Source of the DNA: Candidatus Kaiserbacteria bacterium
GTDB taxonomy: Bacteria > Patescibacteriota > Minisyncoccia > Phycocordibacterales > Phycocordibacteraceae
NCBI GenBank assembly: GCA_027451665.1
Contig: DAIDIW010000005.1
Coordinates: 2,955-66,954, forward strand
Direction: 5' to 3'
Length of the DNA stretch: 64,000 nucleotides
Below are positions 17,058-27,200 of the stretch, piece by piece. The first letter of the stretch is position 1. The number at the start of each line of letters is the position of its first letter. Below the pieces are notes generated by a model, which worked only from the letters and a program-made list of their open reading frames with translations, searched no databases and was not told where the DNA came from. Made by a program: the position numbers and the translations under genes.

Positions 17058-17687
17058 ATGGCTTCACATCCTGCGCAAGAGCGTATAGACCGAGTGCTCG
17101 CCGGCACCGCGAGCTTCGACGATCGATATATCGCTAATCACGCCGAGCTCGCGGCGTTCATCGATGAGTTGCGGGCACGAGAAGCCATTATCGCGTTTGC
17201 GACGGGAGTGTGGGATCTCTTCCATATCGGGCATGCCGAGTACATCCAGAAGGGCAAGAGCAAGGCGCGCGAACTCTATCCCGACGCGAAACACATCATT
17301 ATGGTAGTCGGCGTCGACACCGACGCGCTCACCAAGCAACGCAAGGGCCCGAAACGTCCGATCGTGCCTGAAGAAGAGCGCCGCCGCGTGCTCGGGCATC
17401 TGCGAAGCGTCGATATCATTACCCCGCAGTACGAGTTCAATCAGCTCTATGGGGTCGTGCGCCCGGATGTGCAGATTATCTCCACCTCGACGAAGGATCT
17501 CCCGGAAAATATCGACCATATCGCGCGGCACTGCCAGCACCTCGTGAATCTCGATCCGCAAGCGGAGACGAGCACGACAGCGCGCATCCGGACGCTTGCG
17601 CTCGATGGCAGCTTGACCGCGATCGAACGGGTCTCGAGCAAGCTCTTACAAGTGTTGGCAGAAGCGAAGGATGAACTCTCACCCTGA
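17058..17687 (+). CDS. cytidylyltransferase-like nucleotidyltransferase (HxGH family, TagD/RfaE-like)
   Basis: GVWDLFHIGH (HxGH) and ISTSTKD (ISTT motif) with a ~40-aa N-terminal extension. 3' end overlaps the next gene by 17 nt. Confidence 0.55.
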   Translation: MASHPAQERIDRVLAGTASFDDRYIANHAELAAFIDELRAREAIIAFATGVWDLFHIGHAEYIQKGKSKARELYPDAKHIIMVVGVDTDALTKQRKGPKRPIVPEEERRRVLGHLRSVDIITPQYEFNQLYGVVRPDVQIISTSTKDLPENIDHIARHCQHLVNLDPQAETSTTARIRTLALDGSLTAIERVSSKLLQVLAEAKDELSP

Positions 17688-18528
17688 CACAGCGCTCGTC
17701 GCGTACGTACCGTCGCCGCACCGCGGCTATCTCGAATTCTTTCGCGCGCACAAAAGAAGCATTCTCTACCTCTTCGGGCAGTCCTTTATCGACGAGTTCT
17801 CCTCGCTCACACGCAATCTGCCAGGTGATGCGCCTGAGGAGGTGCAGACTATGGTGACGGCGCTCGGCATCTTCGCGGAAGTGCGCATCCTCACGAAGGG
17901 GAACATAGCGGAACTCTCTCAGTTTGCGAACATCGTGATGCCGGACGAAGATGTTGCGCACAAGGTGGCCGGAACCTATCTGTCGGGCGTCCCGGTCGTT
18001 TTTGACGGGTCATGGCGGCTCCGTTGGCACTGGGATGCGAGCGTGAAGAAAGAACGGCCGGTGGATGAGACCACCGTGTCCTCCGCTGCATTCGATCGCA
18101 AGATCATGCAGAAGGCGTACGCGGCGGCCGAAATGAGTTCCGATTGGTGGCGCCAGGCGGGTGCAGTGCTCGTGAAAGACGGAGAGCCGGTGCTTGCCGC
18201 GTATAACCGGCATCAACCATCAGAGCAGACGCCGTATCTCTATGGCGATCCGCGCAGCAATTTCGAGGCCGGTAAAAACATCGAGGTGTCTTCAGCGCTA
18301 CACGCTGAGATCGGGCTCCTCACCGAGGCGGCGCGGCGCGGCATGGCTACGGAGGGTGCCGATCTCTACGTGACCACGTTCCCGTGTCCGCCGTGCGCGT
18401 ATGCGTGCGCCAATAGCGGCATCAAACGTCTTTTCTATACGGAAGGGTATTCGCTTGTGGAGGGCAGCAACGCGCTTCGCGCACGCGGCGTCGAACTCAT
18501 CCGCATTGAGTCCGAGGACGCGAAGTAG
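17671..18528 (+). CDS. dCMP/cytidine deaminase domain fused to an unknown ~140-aa N-terminal domain
   Basis: C-terminal half has HAEIGLL ... PCPPCAYA, the zinc-binding motifs of CMP/dCMP deaminases. The N-terminal half has no recognised motif. Confidence 0.65.
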   Translation: MNSHPDTALVAYVPSPHRGYLEFFRAHKRSILYLFGQSFIDEFSSLTRNLPGDAPEEVQTMVTALGIFAEVRILTKGNIAELSQFANIVMPDEDVAHKVAGTYLSGVPVVFDGSWRLRWHWDASVKKERPVDETTVSSAAFDRKIMQKAYAAAEMSSDWWRQAGAVLVKDGEPVLAAYNRHQPSEQTPYLYGDPRSNFEAGKNIEVSSALHAEIGLLTEAARRGMATEGADLYVTTFPCPPCAYACANSGIKRLFYTEGYSLVEGSNALRARGVELIRIESEDAK

Positions 18529-18529
18529 T

Positions 18530-18994
18530 TCAAGCGCGCTTATATCCCGCTACGACCGTGATCGGCGTCGAAGCCTTCGTGCGTTTCGTCCCGACGATGA
18601 GCTGTGCATGTAGGTGTCGCACGGTGGCGCCAGTGTATGCGCTGTCGCCGGTGCGCATGGCGAGTGTAGCGCCTTTGAAGTCGTAGCGTTTGCGCAGTTT
18701 CGCGTAGGCGACCTGCAGATCTTTCAAGAGATCGGCGGGGCCGTCAGCGACCTCTTCGACATGGGGCCGCGCAATGAAGAGGAAGTGGTACTTTGTGCCC
18801 TCGTACGGCCAGGCATTCTCGGTGACGAGCCAGCGCTTCGTTTTGAATAGGAGCGGTTTGCGATGGTGCTTGAACAGGTGCTCCTCGCAGAACGGGCAGA
18901 AGCCGCCCGCCCGGATGGTCTCGAGGACGCCGCTATAATCATCACGTTTTGCCGCGCGTGCGCTCTCGACGTCTACGGTAGGTTTCTTCTTCAT
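18530..18994 (-). CDS. HIT-superfamily protein (HxHxQ variant, Ap4A-phosphorylase/GalT branch-like)
   Basis: CPFCEE...(HIT-like N-terminus) and RHLHAQLI histidine-triad variant with Q at the third position. Immediately downstream of thyA on the same strand. Confidence 0.5.
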   Translation of the reverse strand: MKKKPTVDVESARAAKRDDYSGVLETIRAGGFCPFCEEHLFKHHRKPLLFKTKRWLVTENAWPYEGTKYHFLFIARPHVEEVADGPADLLKDLQVAYAKLRKRYDFKGATLAMRTGDSAYTGATVRHLHAQLIVGTKRTKASTPITVVAGYKRA

Positions 18995-18995
18995 G

Positions 18996-19868
18996 CTACG
19001 GGCGGTACGCGATCTTCATCGGCGGATGCGGATCATAGTCCTCGAGCGTGAAGTGCTCCGCGCGGAACGCGAAAAAATCCTTCACGTTCGGATCGAGCGT
19101 GAGCGTGGGGAAGGGTCGAGGGTCGCGCGTGATAAGCTCGCGCACCATGTCGATCTGGTCCTCGTAGATGTGCGCGTCAGCGATCGTGTGCACGTACGTA
19201 CCCGGTTCGTAGCCGGTCACCTGGCAGATCATGAGCATGAGCGCAGCGTACTGAATCATGTTCGATGGCACGCCGATCGGCATGTCGCCGGAACGTTGGT
19301 CCATGCGCATGTGGAGCTTGCCGTCGAGCACCCGGAAGTGGAGCCAGCCGTGGCACGGTGCCACGATAACCTTGCGCTGCGGTCCGCGCGCCGTGTAGTA
19401 GGGCTTCCAGGGGGTGACGAGCAGGGTCCGGATGGTCGGGTACTCCCGTATCTGTTCGATGAGCTGCTCGAATTGATTGAGTGTCCCGCCTTCAGGTATC
19501 TCGAAATCATGAAACGCTGCGCCATAGGATCCCGGGCCGAGGTCGTCTGGTTCGAGGCCGAATTTCGTGCCCTGTCCGCGGTAGTCGCCCCAGAAATTGC
19601 AGCCGAACTCCTCGAGCCCGTCTATCGTGCGTACGCCGTTTATGAATGCGGTTATCTCCGCGATTGGCTTCTTCCAAAATCCGATCTTGCGTTCGGTGAT
19701 GAGCGGTACGCCGTTGGCAAGATCGAAGACCATGGGCGGGAGGGTGCCGAAACTGGTGAGGGCGCCGACGCCCTGGGGTGTGTCCTTCGCGAGAATGCCG
19801 GTTTCGAGGATCTGTTTGAGCCGGTCTTGGTACTGCGTGTCGGGGGTGCGTTCGGCAAAAGGCTTCAT
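18996..19868 (-). CDS. thyA: thymidylate synthase
   Basis: From the internal Met of ORF 18996..20402: VAPCHGWLHFRVLDGKLHMRMDQRSGDMPIGVPSNMIQYAALMLMICQVTGYEPGTYVHTIADAHIY are canonical ThyA motifs. The upstream 178 codons of that ORF are not ThyA. Confidence 0.85.
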   Translation of the reverse strand: MKPFAERTPDTQYQDRLKQILETGILAKDTPQGVGALTSFGTLPPMVFDLANGVPLITERKIGFWKKPIAEITAFINGVRTIDGLEEFGCNFWGDYRGQGTKFGLEPDDLGPGSYGAAFHDFEIPEGGTLNQFEQLIEQIREYPTIRTLLVTPWKPYYTARGPQRKVIVAPCHGWLHFRVLDGKLHMRMDQRSGDMPIGVPSNMIQYAALMLMICQVTGYEPGTYVHTIADAHIYEDQIDMVRELITRDPRPFPTLTLDPNVKDFFAFRAEHFTLEDYDPHPPMKIAYRP

Positions 19869-19913
19869 TACGGCCCATGATAGCCCGAGCGCGCACGGTG
19901 GTACAATCGGGGC

Positions 19914-20354
19914 GTGATACTCAAGGTCCAGAAGCTCCATCCGGACGCGGTCGTCCCGCCAAAGCCCTATACGGGGGATGCGGGCATCGACCTCTGTGCG
20001 GTCGAGGAGGTTGTAATCCCGGCGCGCAGCCATGCGCGCATACCGACCGGCATCGCGGTCGAGCTTCCGGAAGGTACCGCCGGGCTCATCTGGGATAAGA
20101 GCGGCGTCGCGAATCGCCAAGGACTCAAGGTCATGGGCGGCGTCATCGATGAGGGGTTCCGTGGCGAGCTCATCATGTGTTTGGCAAACCTCACCGATGC
20201 GCCGCAGACAATCATGAAGGGGCAAAAGGCGGCACAGATACTCGTGCAGAAGATCGAGCATGTCTCGATCGAGGAGGTGGCCGTGCTTGGCGAGACTGAA
20301 CGTGGCGCAAACGGCTGGGGCAGTTCCGGTACGCATCCGACGCGTATGATCTGA
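19914..20354 (+). CDS. dut: dUTP diphosphatase
   Basis: AGIDLCA, RIPTGIAVELPEG, GLIWDKSG and GVIDEGFRGEL match dUTPase motifs 1-4. Confidence 0.85.
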   Translation: MILKVQKLHPDAVVPPKPYTGDAGIDLCAVEEVVIPARSHARIPTGIAVELPEGTAGLIWDKSGVANRQGLKVMGGVIDEGFRGELIMCLANLTDAPQTIMKGQKAAQILVQKIEHVSIEEVAVLGETERGANGWGSSGTHPTRMI

Positions 20355-20382
20355 GCCCGTACATGGTGCGCCTTTAATAATA

Positions 20383-21651
20383 ATGAGTAAACTCACGACC
20401 ATGTACGAATTTCTAAAGAAGCAGGACGAGGAGGTCTTCCAGGCGATCGAAGGAGAGGAGAAGCGGCAAGCGGAAGGGCTCGAGCTTATTCCCTCGGAGA
20501 ACTACGTGTCGCGCGCCGTGAAGGAGGCGATGGCGTCCTCGCTCACCAATAAGTATTCGGAAGGGTACCCCGGCAAGCGCTATTACGGCGGCCAAGAGTT
20601 TACCGACCAGGTTGAGCGTCTGGCGCAGGACCGAGCAAAGAAATTGTTTGGTGCAGCGTTTGCGAATGTGCAGCCCTTGGGCGGAGCAAATGCGAACATC
20701 GGCGCATACTTCGGACTGCTTGAGCCGGGCGATACGGTGCTCGGCATGGATCTGTCGCACGGCGGCCACCTCACCCACGGCCATCCGGTGACCTACATCA
20801 GCAAGATATTCAACTTCGTGCGCTACGGCATGAAGGACGTCGCGACAGGCGAGATTGACTATGATGCGCTTGCGGAGACTGCTAAGCGAGAGAAACCGAA
20901 AGTAGTGCTTGGCGGCTTTTCTGCGTACCCGCGCGAGCTTGATTGGAAGAAGATTTCGGACATTGCGCACTCGGTGGGTGCGGTAGCTATGGCCGACGTC
21001 GCGCATATTGCTGGCCTCATTGCCGGCGGTTCGCAGAAGAACCCGTTCGACTACGGCTTTGATGTAATGACTACAACCACGCACAAAACTTTGCGTGGCC
21101 CGCGCGGCGGCATGATTCTCGTGCGCGATTCAGAAGAAATAGCGAAGAAAATAGACAAAGCTATCTTCCCAGGGCTTCAGGGTGGTCCCCATATGCACCA
21201 GATAGCTGCGAAAGCCGTAGCGTTCGGCGAGGCGTTTCGTCCAAGCTTTAAGGACTACGCAAAACAGGTAGTGGAGAATGCAGCAGCGATGGCCGAGGTA
21301 TTCCAGGAGCACGGAGTGCGCATGATTACGGGCGGCACATCAAACCATCTCATTCTTGCCGACGTTTTCGGCTCTCTAGGTATTCCGGGCGGGGAAGCGG
21401 AGAAGCTTCTCGACGAAGCAGGTATTACGCTCAACAAAAATGCGATTGCAGACGACACGCGTAAGCCCATGGATCCGTCCGGCATCCGTTTCGGCACGCC
21501 CGCCATCACGACACGCGGATTTACCGAAGAGGACTGCCGCGAGGTGACGCGCCTCATGCTCAAAGTGTTAAAGACCAAGGACGCGAGCGCCGCACGTACC
21601 AAGATCAAAGCCCTTGCCGAGAAGCATCCGATTCCCGAGTCTTTCGCTTGA
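20383..21651 (+). CDS. glyA: serine hydroxymethyltransferase
   Basis: LSHGGHLTHG and TTTHKTLRGPRGGMIL (PLP lysine) signatures. Confidence 0.9.
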   Translation: MSKLTTMYEFLKKQDEEVFQAIEGEEKRQAEGLELIPSENYVSRAVKEAMASSLTNKYSEGYPGKRYYGGQEFTDQVERLAQDRAKKLFGAAFANVQPLGGANANIGAYFGLLEPGDTVLGMDLSHGGHLTHGHPVTYISKIFNFVRYGMKDVATGEIDYDALAETAKREKPKVVLGGFSAYPRELDWKKISDIAHSVGAVAMADVAHIAGLIAGGSQKNPFDYGFDVMTTTTHKTLRGPRGGMILVRDSEEIAKKIDKAIFPGLQGGPHMHQIAAKAVAFGEAFRPSFKDYAKQVVENAAAMAEVFQEHGVRMITGGTSNHLILADVFGSLGIPGGEAEKLLDEAGITLNKNAIADDTRKPMDPSGIRFGTPAITTRGFTEEDCREVTRLMLKVLKTKDASAARTKIKALAEKHPIPESFA

Positions 21652-21748
21652 AATCCATTGGCATAAGAATAAAATTCTTATGCTCACTAAGCCGCGTACA
21701 CGCGGGGGTCGTGTTAGTGGTGCGTTTGTACATTAACAACTCAAGATT

Positions 21749-22036
21749 ATGGATCCCAAACAGATTCCCATCAAAGCTTCCGATGAAGCTGTGAAAGGTG
21801 TTTATGCCAATGGAATGAACCTGTGGTCTTCGGAAGAAGAGTTTTGTCTCGACTTCATTAGCGCTTTCCCTCCAGTTGGCGCCTTGACCGCTCGGGTCAT
21901 TACCAGTCCTGGGCACCTTAAGCGTATGGTGGACGTTCTCTCCAATGCCCTCAGGAAGTATGAGTCTGAGCACGGAGAGGTTGTTCCTGCAGAAGAGCCT
22001 GAAACCTCACAAATTGGTTTCGGCAAGCCCGAATAA
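21749..22036 (+). CDS. small hypothetical protein (95 aa, lower-GC)
   Basis: ORF with its own upstream hairpin (21661..21683). No motif recognised. Confidence 0.4.
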   Translation: MDPKQIPIKASDEAVKGVYANGMNLWSSEEEFCLDFISAFPPVGALTARVITSPGHLKRMVDVLSNALRKYESEHGEVVPAEEPETSQIGFGKPE

Positions 22037-22223
22037 GATCCTGTAAAGGTTCAGGTGAGGTTCGGCACCAAACGAGCGATAGCCCCGCGCACGGCAACCG
22101 GAAGAAATCAGTAATGAAAGAAATAGAGGGGCCTCGCCGAAGTATCGACTCGCGATGCATCTCCCTCCTGACCTCAACGCCCGCCATACGGCGGGCGTTG
22201 GAATTTCTGGTATAGTCGCGGCA

Positions 22224-23873
22224 ATGGAGGAGAAGATTCGGAAGGCGATTGAGGATGTGCTTGAAAGCGCGGGAGTGGAGGGCGTGTCGTTCTCGGTGGA
22301 ACGGCCGGCTACGCTTGCACATGGCGATTATGCAACGAATGCCGCGATGGCTTCTGCAAAGAAGCTCGGGACGAATCCGCGCAAGCTAGCCGATGTTTTG
22401 GCAAAGCACATTCAGGACACGCTCGGCGCGGATGCCGAGCGTGTAGAGGTGGCCGGACCGGGATTCATAAACATCACGCTCTCGAAAGCTGCGGTATCGT
22501 TCGGCATAAGCGAAGCAGACGCGAAGGGCGAGGAGTGGGGCAGGGGTGAAGCAGAGAAAGGCAAGCGCGTCATCATCGAGTACTCGAATCCGAACGCCTT
22601 CAAGGAGATGCACGCGGGACATCTCGTGGGCACCATCATTGGCGAGTCGCTCTCACGCCTCATCGAGAACGAGGGCGCGACGGTCGTGCGTGATACGTTC
22701 GGCGGCGACGTCGGGCCGAATGTGGCCAAAGCGCTCTGGGCGCTTAGACAAGGTGGCGTCACTGAGCCCGAGAGCGCGAAGCAGATAGGCGAAGCGTACG
22801 CGAAGGGTGCGAAGGCGTATGAGGACGATCCGGAGGCGAAAGAGGAGATAGATGCACTCAACCAGGCAATCTACGCGGGCACGGATGAATCGGTCATGGA
22901 CCTCTGGCACCGCGGGCGAGAGATCTCGATGGAAGCATTCCGTCGCCTTTGGAAGTTACTCGACACGACGTTTGATTTCGAATTCTTCGACAGTGATACG
23001 GTCGATGTCGGCCTGCGCGTCGTGCGTGACGGACTCGAGAAGGGCATCTTCAAGGAAAGCGACGGTGCCATCATTTACGATGGCGAGACAAAAGGCGTGC
23101 ACACGATGGTCTTCATTACCTCGAAAGGCACGCCCACCTATGAAGCGAAGGACATTGGACTCGCGTTCCTGAAGGAGGAGCGCTGGCCTTCGGACAAGGT
23201 CATCATCCTGACTGGCAATGAGCAGACCGGTCGTTTCAGGACGGTGCTCGTCGCGCTTGGCGACATAAACGCCGGGCTCGCGGCGAAAATGAAGCACGTT
23301 ACGACGGGCTTCTTGCGTCTCACGAACGGCAAGATGAGCTCGCGTGAGGGAAACGTCATCACCGCCGAAGGGCTCCTCGCAGAAGTCATGGAACGCGCGG
23401 CAGCAAAAAGTGACGACCCGCTCATCACTGAGCAGGTAGCGGTGGGCGCCGTGAAGTTCATGGTGCTGCGGCAATCTCCGGGGGCAGATATCGTCTTCGA
23501 CTCGGAGAAATCGCTCTCGCTTACGGGCGATTCGGGCCCATATCTCCAGTATGCCCTCGTGCGGGCCGCGAAGATTCTTTCCTACGAATCGGAGGACGCC
23601 GGCGGCTCGAAAGAGCCCGAAGCGCCGTACGAGCTCGAACGACTCATCATCCATTATCCGGCAGTTGCCGCACGAGCGTCCAAGGAACTTGCGCCGAACC
23701 TCCTCGTGACGTATCTCCTCGAGCTCGCGGGGAAGTGGAACTCATTCTACGCAAGGGAGCAGGTGCTCGGGAGTCCGGAGGAGGCCTATAAGATGCGCAT
23801 GACGCGTGCGTTCGCGAACACGATGGCGAACGGGCTCCGGCTCCTCGGTATCCCCGCGCCGGAACGGATGTGA
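22224..23873 (+). CDS. argS: arginine--tRNA ligase
   Basis: IEYSNPNAFKEMHAGHLVGTIIG (HIGH) and a C-terminal anticodon-binding (DALR) domain that ends ..RM. Confidence 0.85.
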   Translation: MEEKIRKAIEDVLESAGVEGVSFSVERPATLAHGDYATNAAMASAKKLGTNPRKLADVLAKHIQDTLGADAERVEVAGPGFINITLSKAAVSFGISEADAKGEEWGRGEAEKGKRVIIEYSNPNAFKEMHAGHLVGTIIGESLSRLIENEGATVVRDTFGGDVGPNVAKALWALRQGGVTEPESAKQIGEAYAKGAKAYEDDPEAKEEIDALNQAIYAGTDESVMDLWHRGREISMEAFRRLWKLLDTTFDFEFFDSDTVDVGLRVVRDGLEKGIFKESDGAIIYDGETKGVHTMVFITSKGTPTYEAKDIGLAFLKEERWPSDKVIILTGNEQTGRFRTVLVALGDINAGLAAKMKHVTTGFLRLTNGKMSSREGNVITAEGLLAEVMERAAAKSDDPLITEQVAVGAVKFMVLRQSPGADIVFDSEKSLSLTGDSGPYLQYALVRAAKILSYESEDAGGSKEPEAPYELERLIIHYPAVAARASKELAPNLLVTYLLELAGKWNSFYAREQVLGSPEEAYKMRMTRAFANTMANGLRLLGIPAPERM

Positions 23874-24262
23874 TTTGCACGTACGTAGCGGACGCGCTAG
23901 CGTGAGAGAGGCAGTTCCTGCCGCAGTGGCGATGTATATTTGAAGGGGGTTTGCTTGACCTTAAAATTGACGCAACTTCAAGCTGCGCACGCAGCTTATT
24001 CGCATCACCTGCTCTTTGAGCTCGTCACAGATGCGCCGGAGACGACGGTAACGGATACACCGACCAAAACGCTCCCGACTGGCGTGCGATATAAGTGTGG
24101 AGGGATCCGTATCGGCCAACGGGAGCGGAAAGACTATCGACCAAGGCCGCATTGTCGGTGACACGAGGATGGGATGCAGAAGACAGCAGGGAGGGGAGCT
24201 CGATGCCGTGGCGTAGCCGCGGCATTTTCCTTTTTGGATGCTAAACGCTAGGATGACGGGAT

Positions 24263-27200
24263 ATGGCAAACACTGACGATAAAGGTGTCCACAAATCGGA
24301 TACGGCAAAGAAGGAAGAAGAGATACTCGGCTTCTGGAAACGCGAGAAGATTTTCGAGAAATCGCTCGCAAAGGCGTCGCCCTCAGGCGAATTCGTCTTT
24401 TATGATGGGCCGCCATTCGCTACCGGCTTGCCGCACTCCGGGTCCTTGCTCTCCTCCGTCTCGAAGGATGTGATTCCACGCTATAAGACCATGCGCGGCT
24501 ACAACGTGCGTCGTCGTTGGGGCTGGGATACGCACGGCCTGCCGATCGAGAATCTCGTCGAGAAAGAGCTCGGGCTTAAGAATAAGCGCGAGATCCTTTC
24601 TGTAGGTATTGAGAAGTTCAATGAGACTGCGCGTAGCATGGTGCTCGCGTACGTCCATGAGTGGAAGCGCTATATCGAGAGAGTGGGACGCTGGGTGGAT
24701 TTCGATAATTCATACAAGACGATGGACGCCTCGTTTACTGAAAGCGTCTGGTGGGCGCTCAAGAAAATACACGAGAAGGGCCGTCTCTATGAGGGACGCA
24801 AGGTGCTCATGTATTGTCCGCACTGCGAGACGCCGTTAGCCAAGGCGGAGATCGCGATGGATAACACCTACAAAGATGTGACCGAGGAGGCCGTCACGGT
24901 GAAGTTCAAAGTGAAGGAGCCGGAGAAGCACGGGCTTCCGCACGGTTCCTATATACTCGCTTGGACCACGACGCCTTGGACCTTGCCCGGGAACGTGGCG
25001 CTTGCCGTGGGTGCTGATATCCGCTACGACGTGCGGCATCGCGCGGACGGTTACGCGATCCTCGCAAAGGATCGCGTCGAGGCGCTTGGTCTCGAGCACG
25101 CAAATCTCGAGAAAGAGCTTTCGGGCGCGGAGTTGGTCGGCATCGAGTATGAGCCGCTGTATGCCCTCGATAGGGCGAAGGTCGCCGAAGGGGAGCGCGG
25201 CAAATTCGAGCACGCATACCGCGTGTACCCGGCTGGATTCGTGCATACGGAAGAGGGTACGGGCGTCGTCCATACCGCCGTCATCTACGGCGAAGACGAC
25301 TACCAGCTCGGCATGAAGGAGGGGTTGCCTATGGTGCCGCTCCTCTACCCGAATGCTACCTATAACGAGACCGCGCCCGCGTTCCTCCATGGGCAATACA
25401 TCAAGAAGGCCGAGCCCTTCATAAAGGAAGATCTTGAACGCCGCGGGCTGCTGTTCGCGAAGGCGCCGAATACGCATTCGTACCCGCACTGTTATCGTTG
25501 CGGTACGCCGCTCATCTATAATGCCGTTTCAAGCTGGTTCATCGACATCCAGGCAGTAAAGGCGCGCATGCTCTCGGAGAACGGCAAGGTGAACTGGATT
25601 CCCGAGCATCTGAAGCAAGGACGATTCGCGAAGCTCATCGAGAGCGCGCCTGACTGGACCATCTCGCGGAATCGTTTCTGGGCGAGTCCGCTACCTATCT
25701 GGAAGGATGCGAGCGGCAACGTCACGGTCATCGGTTCGCTCGATGAACTAAAAGCGTACGTGAAGAAGAGCGGAAATCGCTACATCGTGATGCGGCACGG
25801 GGAAGCAGAGAGCAACATCAAGGACGAGGCGAGCACTGATCCAGTGCGGCAACAGAGCAACCGCCTGACGGAGAAGGGAAAGGAAGAAGTGCGCGCCGCC
25901 ACCATGAAGCTCATGCGCGAGGGCGTCGAGCTCATCTACGTGTCTCCATTCGCGCGTACGCGCGAATCAGCCGAGATCGTGCGAGAAACGCTCGGGCTCC
26001 CGCCGGAAGCCGTGATCGAGGATAATCGCCTGCGAGAGATCGCGGTAGGCGCATTCGAGGGGAAGCCTAATAAGGAATACCGCGCCTTCTTCGCCTCTAT
26101 CGAGGAGCGATTCACGAAGCGACCTCCCGGTGGCGAGACGTTCGCTGATGTACGCCGCCGCATGGGTGAGGTTCTCTATGAGCTTGAAGAGCGGTACCAG
26201 GGTAAGAAGATACTCATTCTCTCGCATGGGGACCCGCTGTGGCTCCTTCAGATGGCCTCCATCGGGGCGCCGGCCGCCGAGGCTGAGCGATTTCCGTATC
26301 TCGCACCCGCGGGCGTGCAGGCGCTCGACTTCACGCCCATTCCGCACAATCGCGACTACGAGCTCGATTACCACCTGCCCTATCTCGACGAGGTGCGGCT
26401 CGAGAACGAGAAAGGCGAACCGCTCACGCGTATCCCTGAAGTGGTGGACTGCTGGGTGGAATCCGGATCCATGCCGTTCGCGGAGTATCACTACCCGATG
26501 GAGCATCGGCAAGAATTCGAAAAACGCTGGCCGGGCGATTTCGTATCAGAATACATCGGGCAGACGCGCGCCTGGTTCTACTACATGCACGCGATGTCGG
26601 TCTCAGTGTTTGATCGTCTGGCGTTTAAGAACGTGCTCACTACCGGCACTATCCTCGCCGCCGACGGCCAGAAGGTATCCAAATCGAAGAAGAACTATAC
26701 CGATCCGTACACACTCTTCGACGAATACGGCGCGGACGCGTTTCGGTATTACCTCATGTCCTCGGTCGTCATGCAGGCGGAAGATCTCGCTTTCCGCGAT
26801 GAGGACGTGAAGGACGCACACGCCCGCGTCGTGAACATGCTGCGCAACGTGGCATCGTTCTACGAGCTCTTCAAGACGGGCGATGCGCCGGCGAGCACGA
26901 GTACGCATCCGCTTGATCGCTGGATACTCACCCGCCTCAGCCAGACCGCCCGTGAGATGACCGAAGCGTTCGATCGCTACGACGTGGTCCATGCGACGCG
27001 CGCAATCCGTCCGTTCATTGATGATCTTTCGACGTGGTATGTCCGCCGTTCGCGCGACCGCATGCGCGGCGAAGATACGCCCGACAAGCGCGCGGCGCTC
27101 TCGGTCTTGCGGCATGTGCTGCGTGAATTCGCGAAGCTTGCGGCACCAGTGCTACCGTTCGTCGCCGAGGAGGTGTTCCGGGCGGTGCGCACCGAAGGGG

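Noticed and set aside
16276-17088. 270-aa plus-strand ORF across the folA region
   Set aside because: Antisense to dihydrofolate reductase (clear DHFR motifs on the minus strand).
18993-19880. 295-aa plus-strand ORF opposite thyA, and the 5' 178 codons of ORF 18996..20402
   Set aside because: Antisense/upstream extension of a clearly defined thyA starting at the internal Met (19868); no motifs; overlaps dut on the other strand.
20413-21084. 223-aa minus-strand ORF inside glyA
   Set aside because: Antisense to serine hydroxymethyltransferase, whose frame carries all the diagnostic motifs.
22956-23654. 232-aa minus-strand ORF inside argS
   Set aside because: Antisense shadow ORF; argS has HIGH and DALR features on the plus strand.
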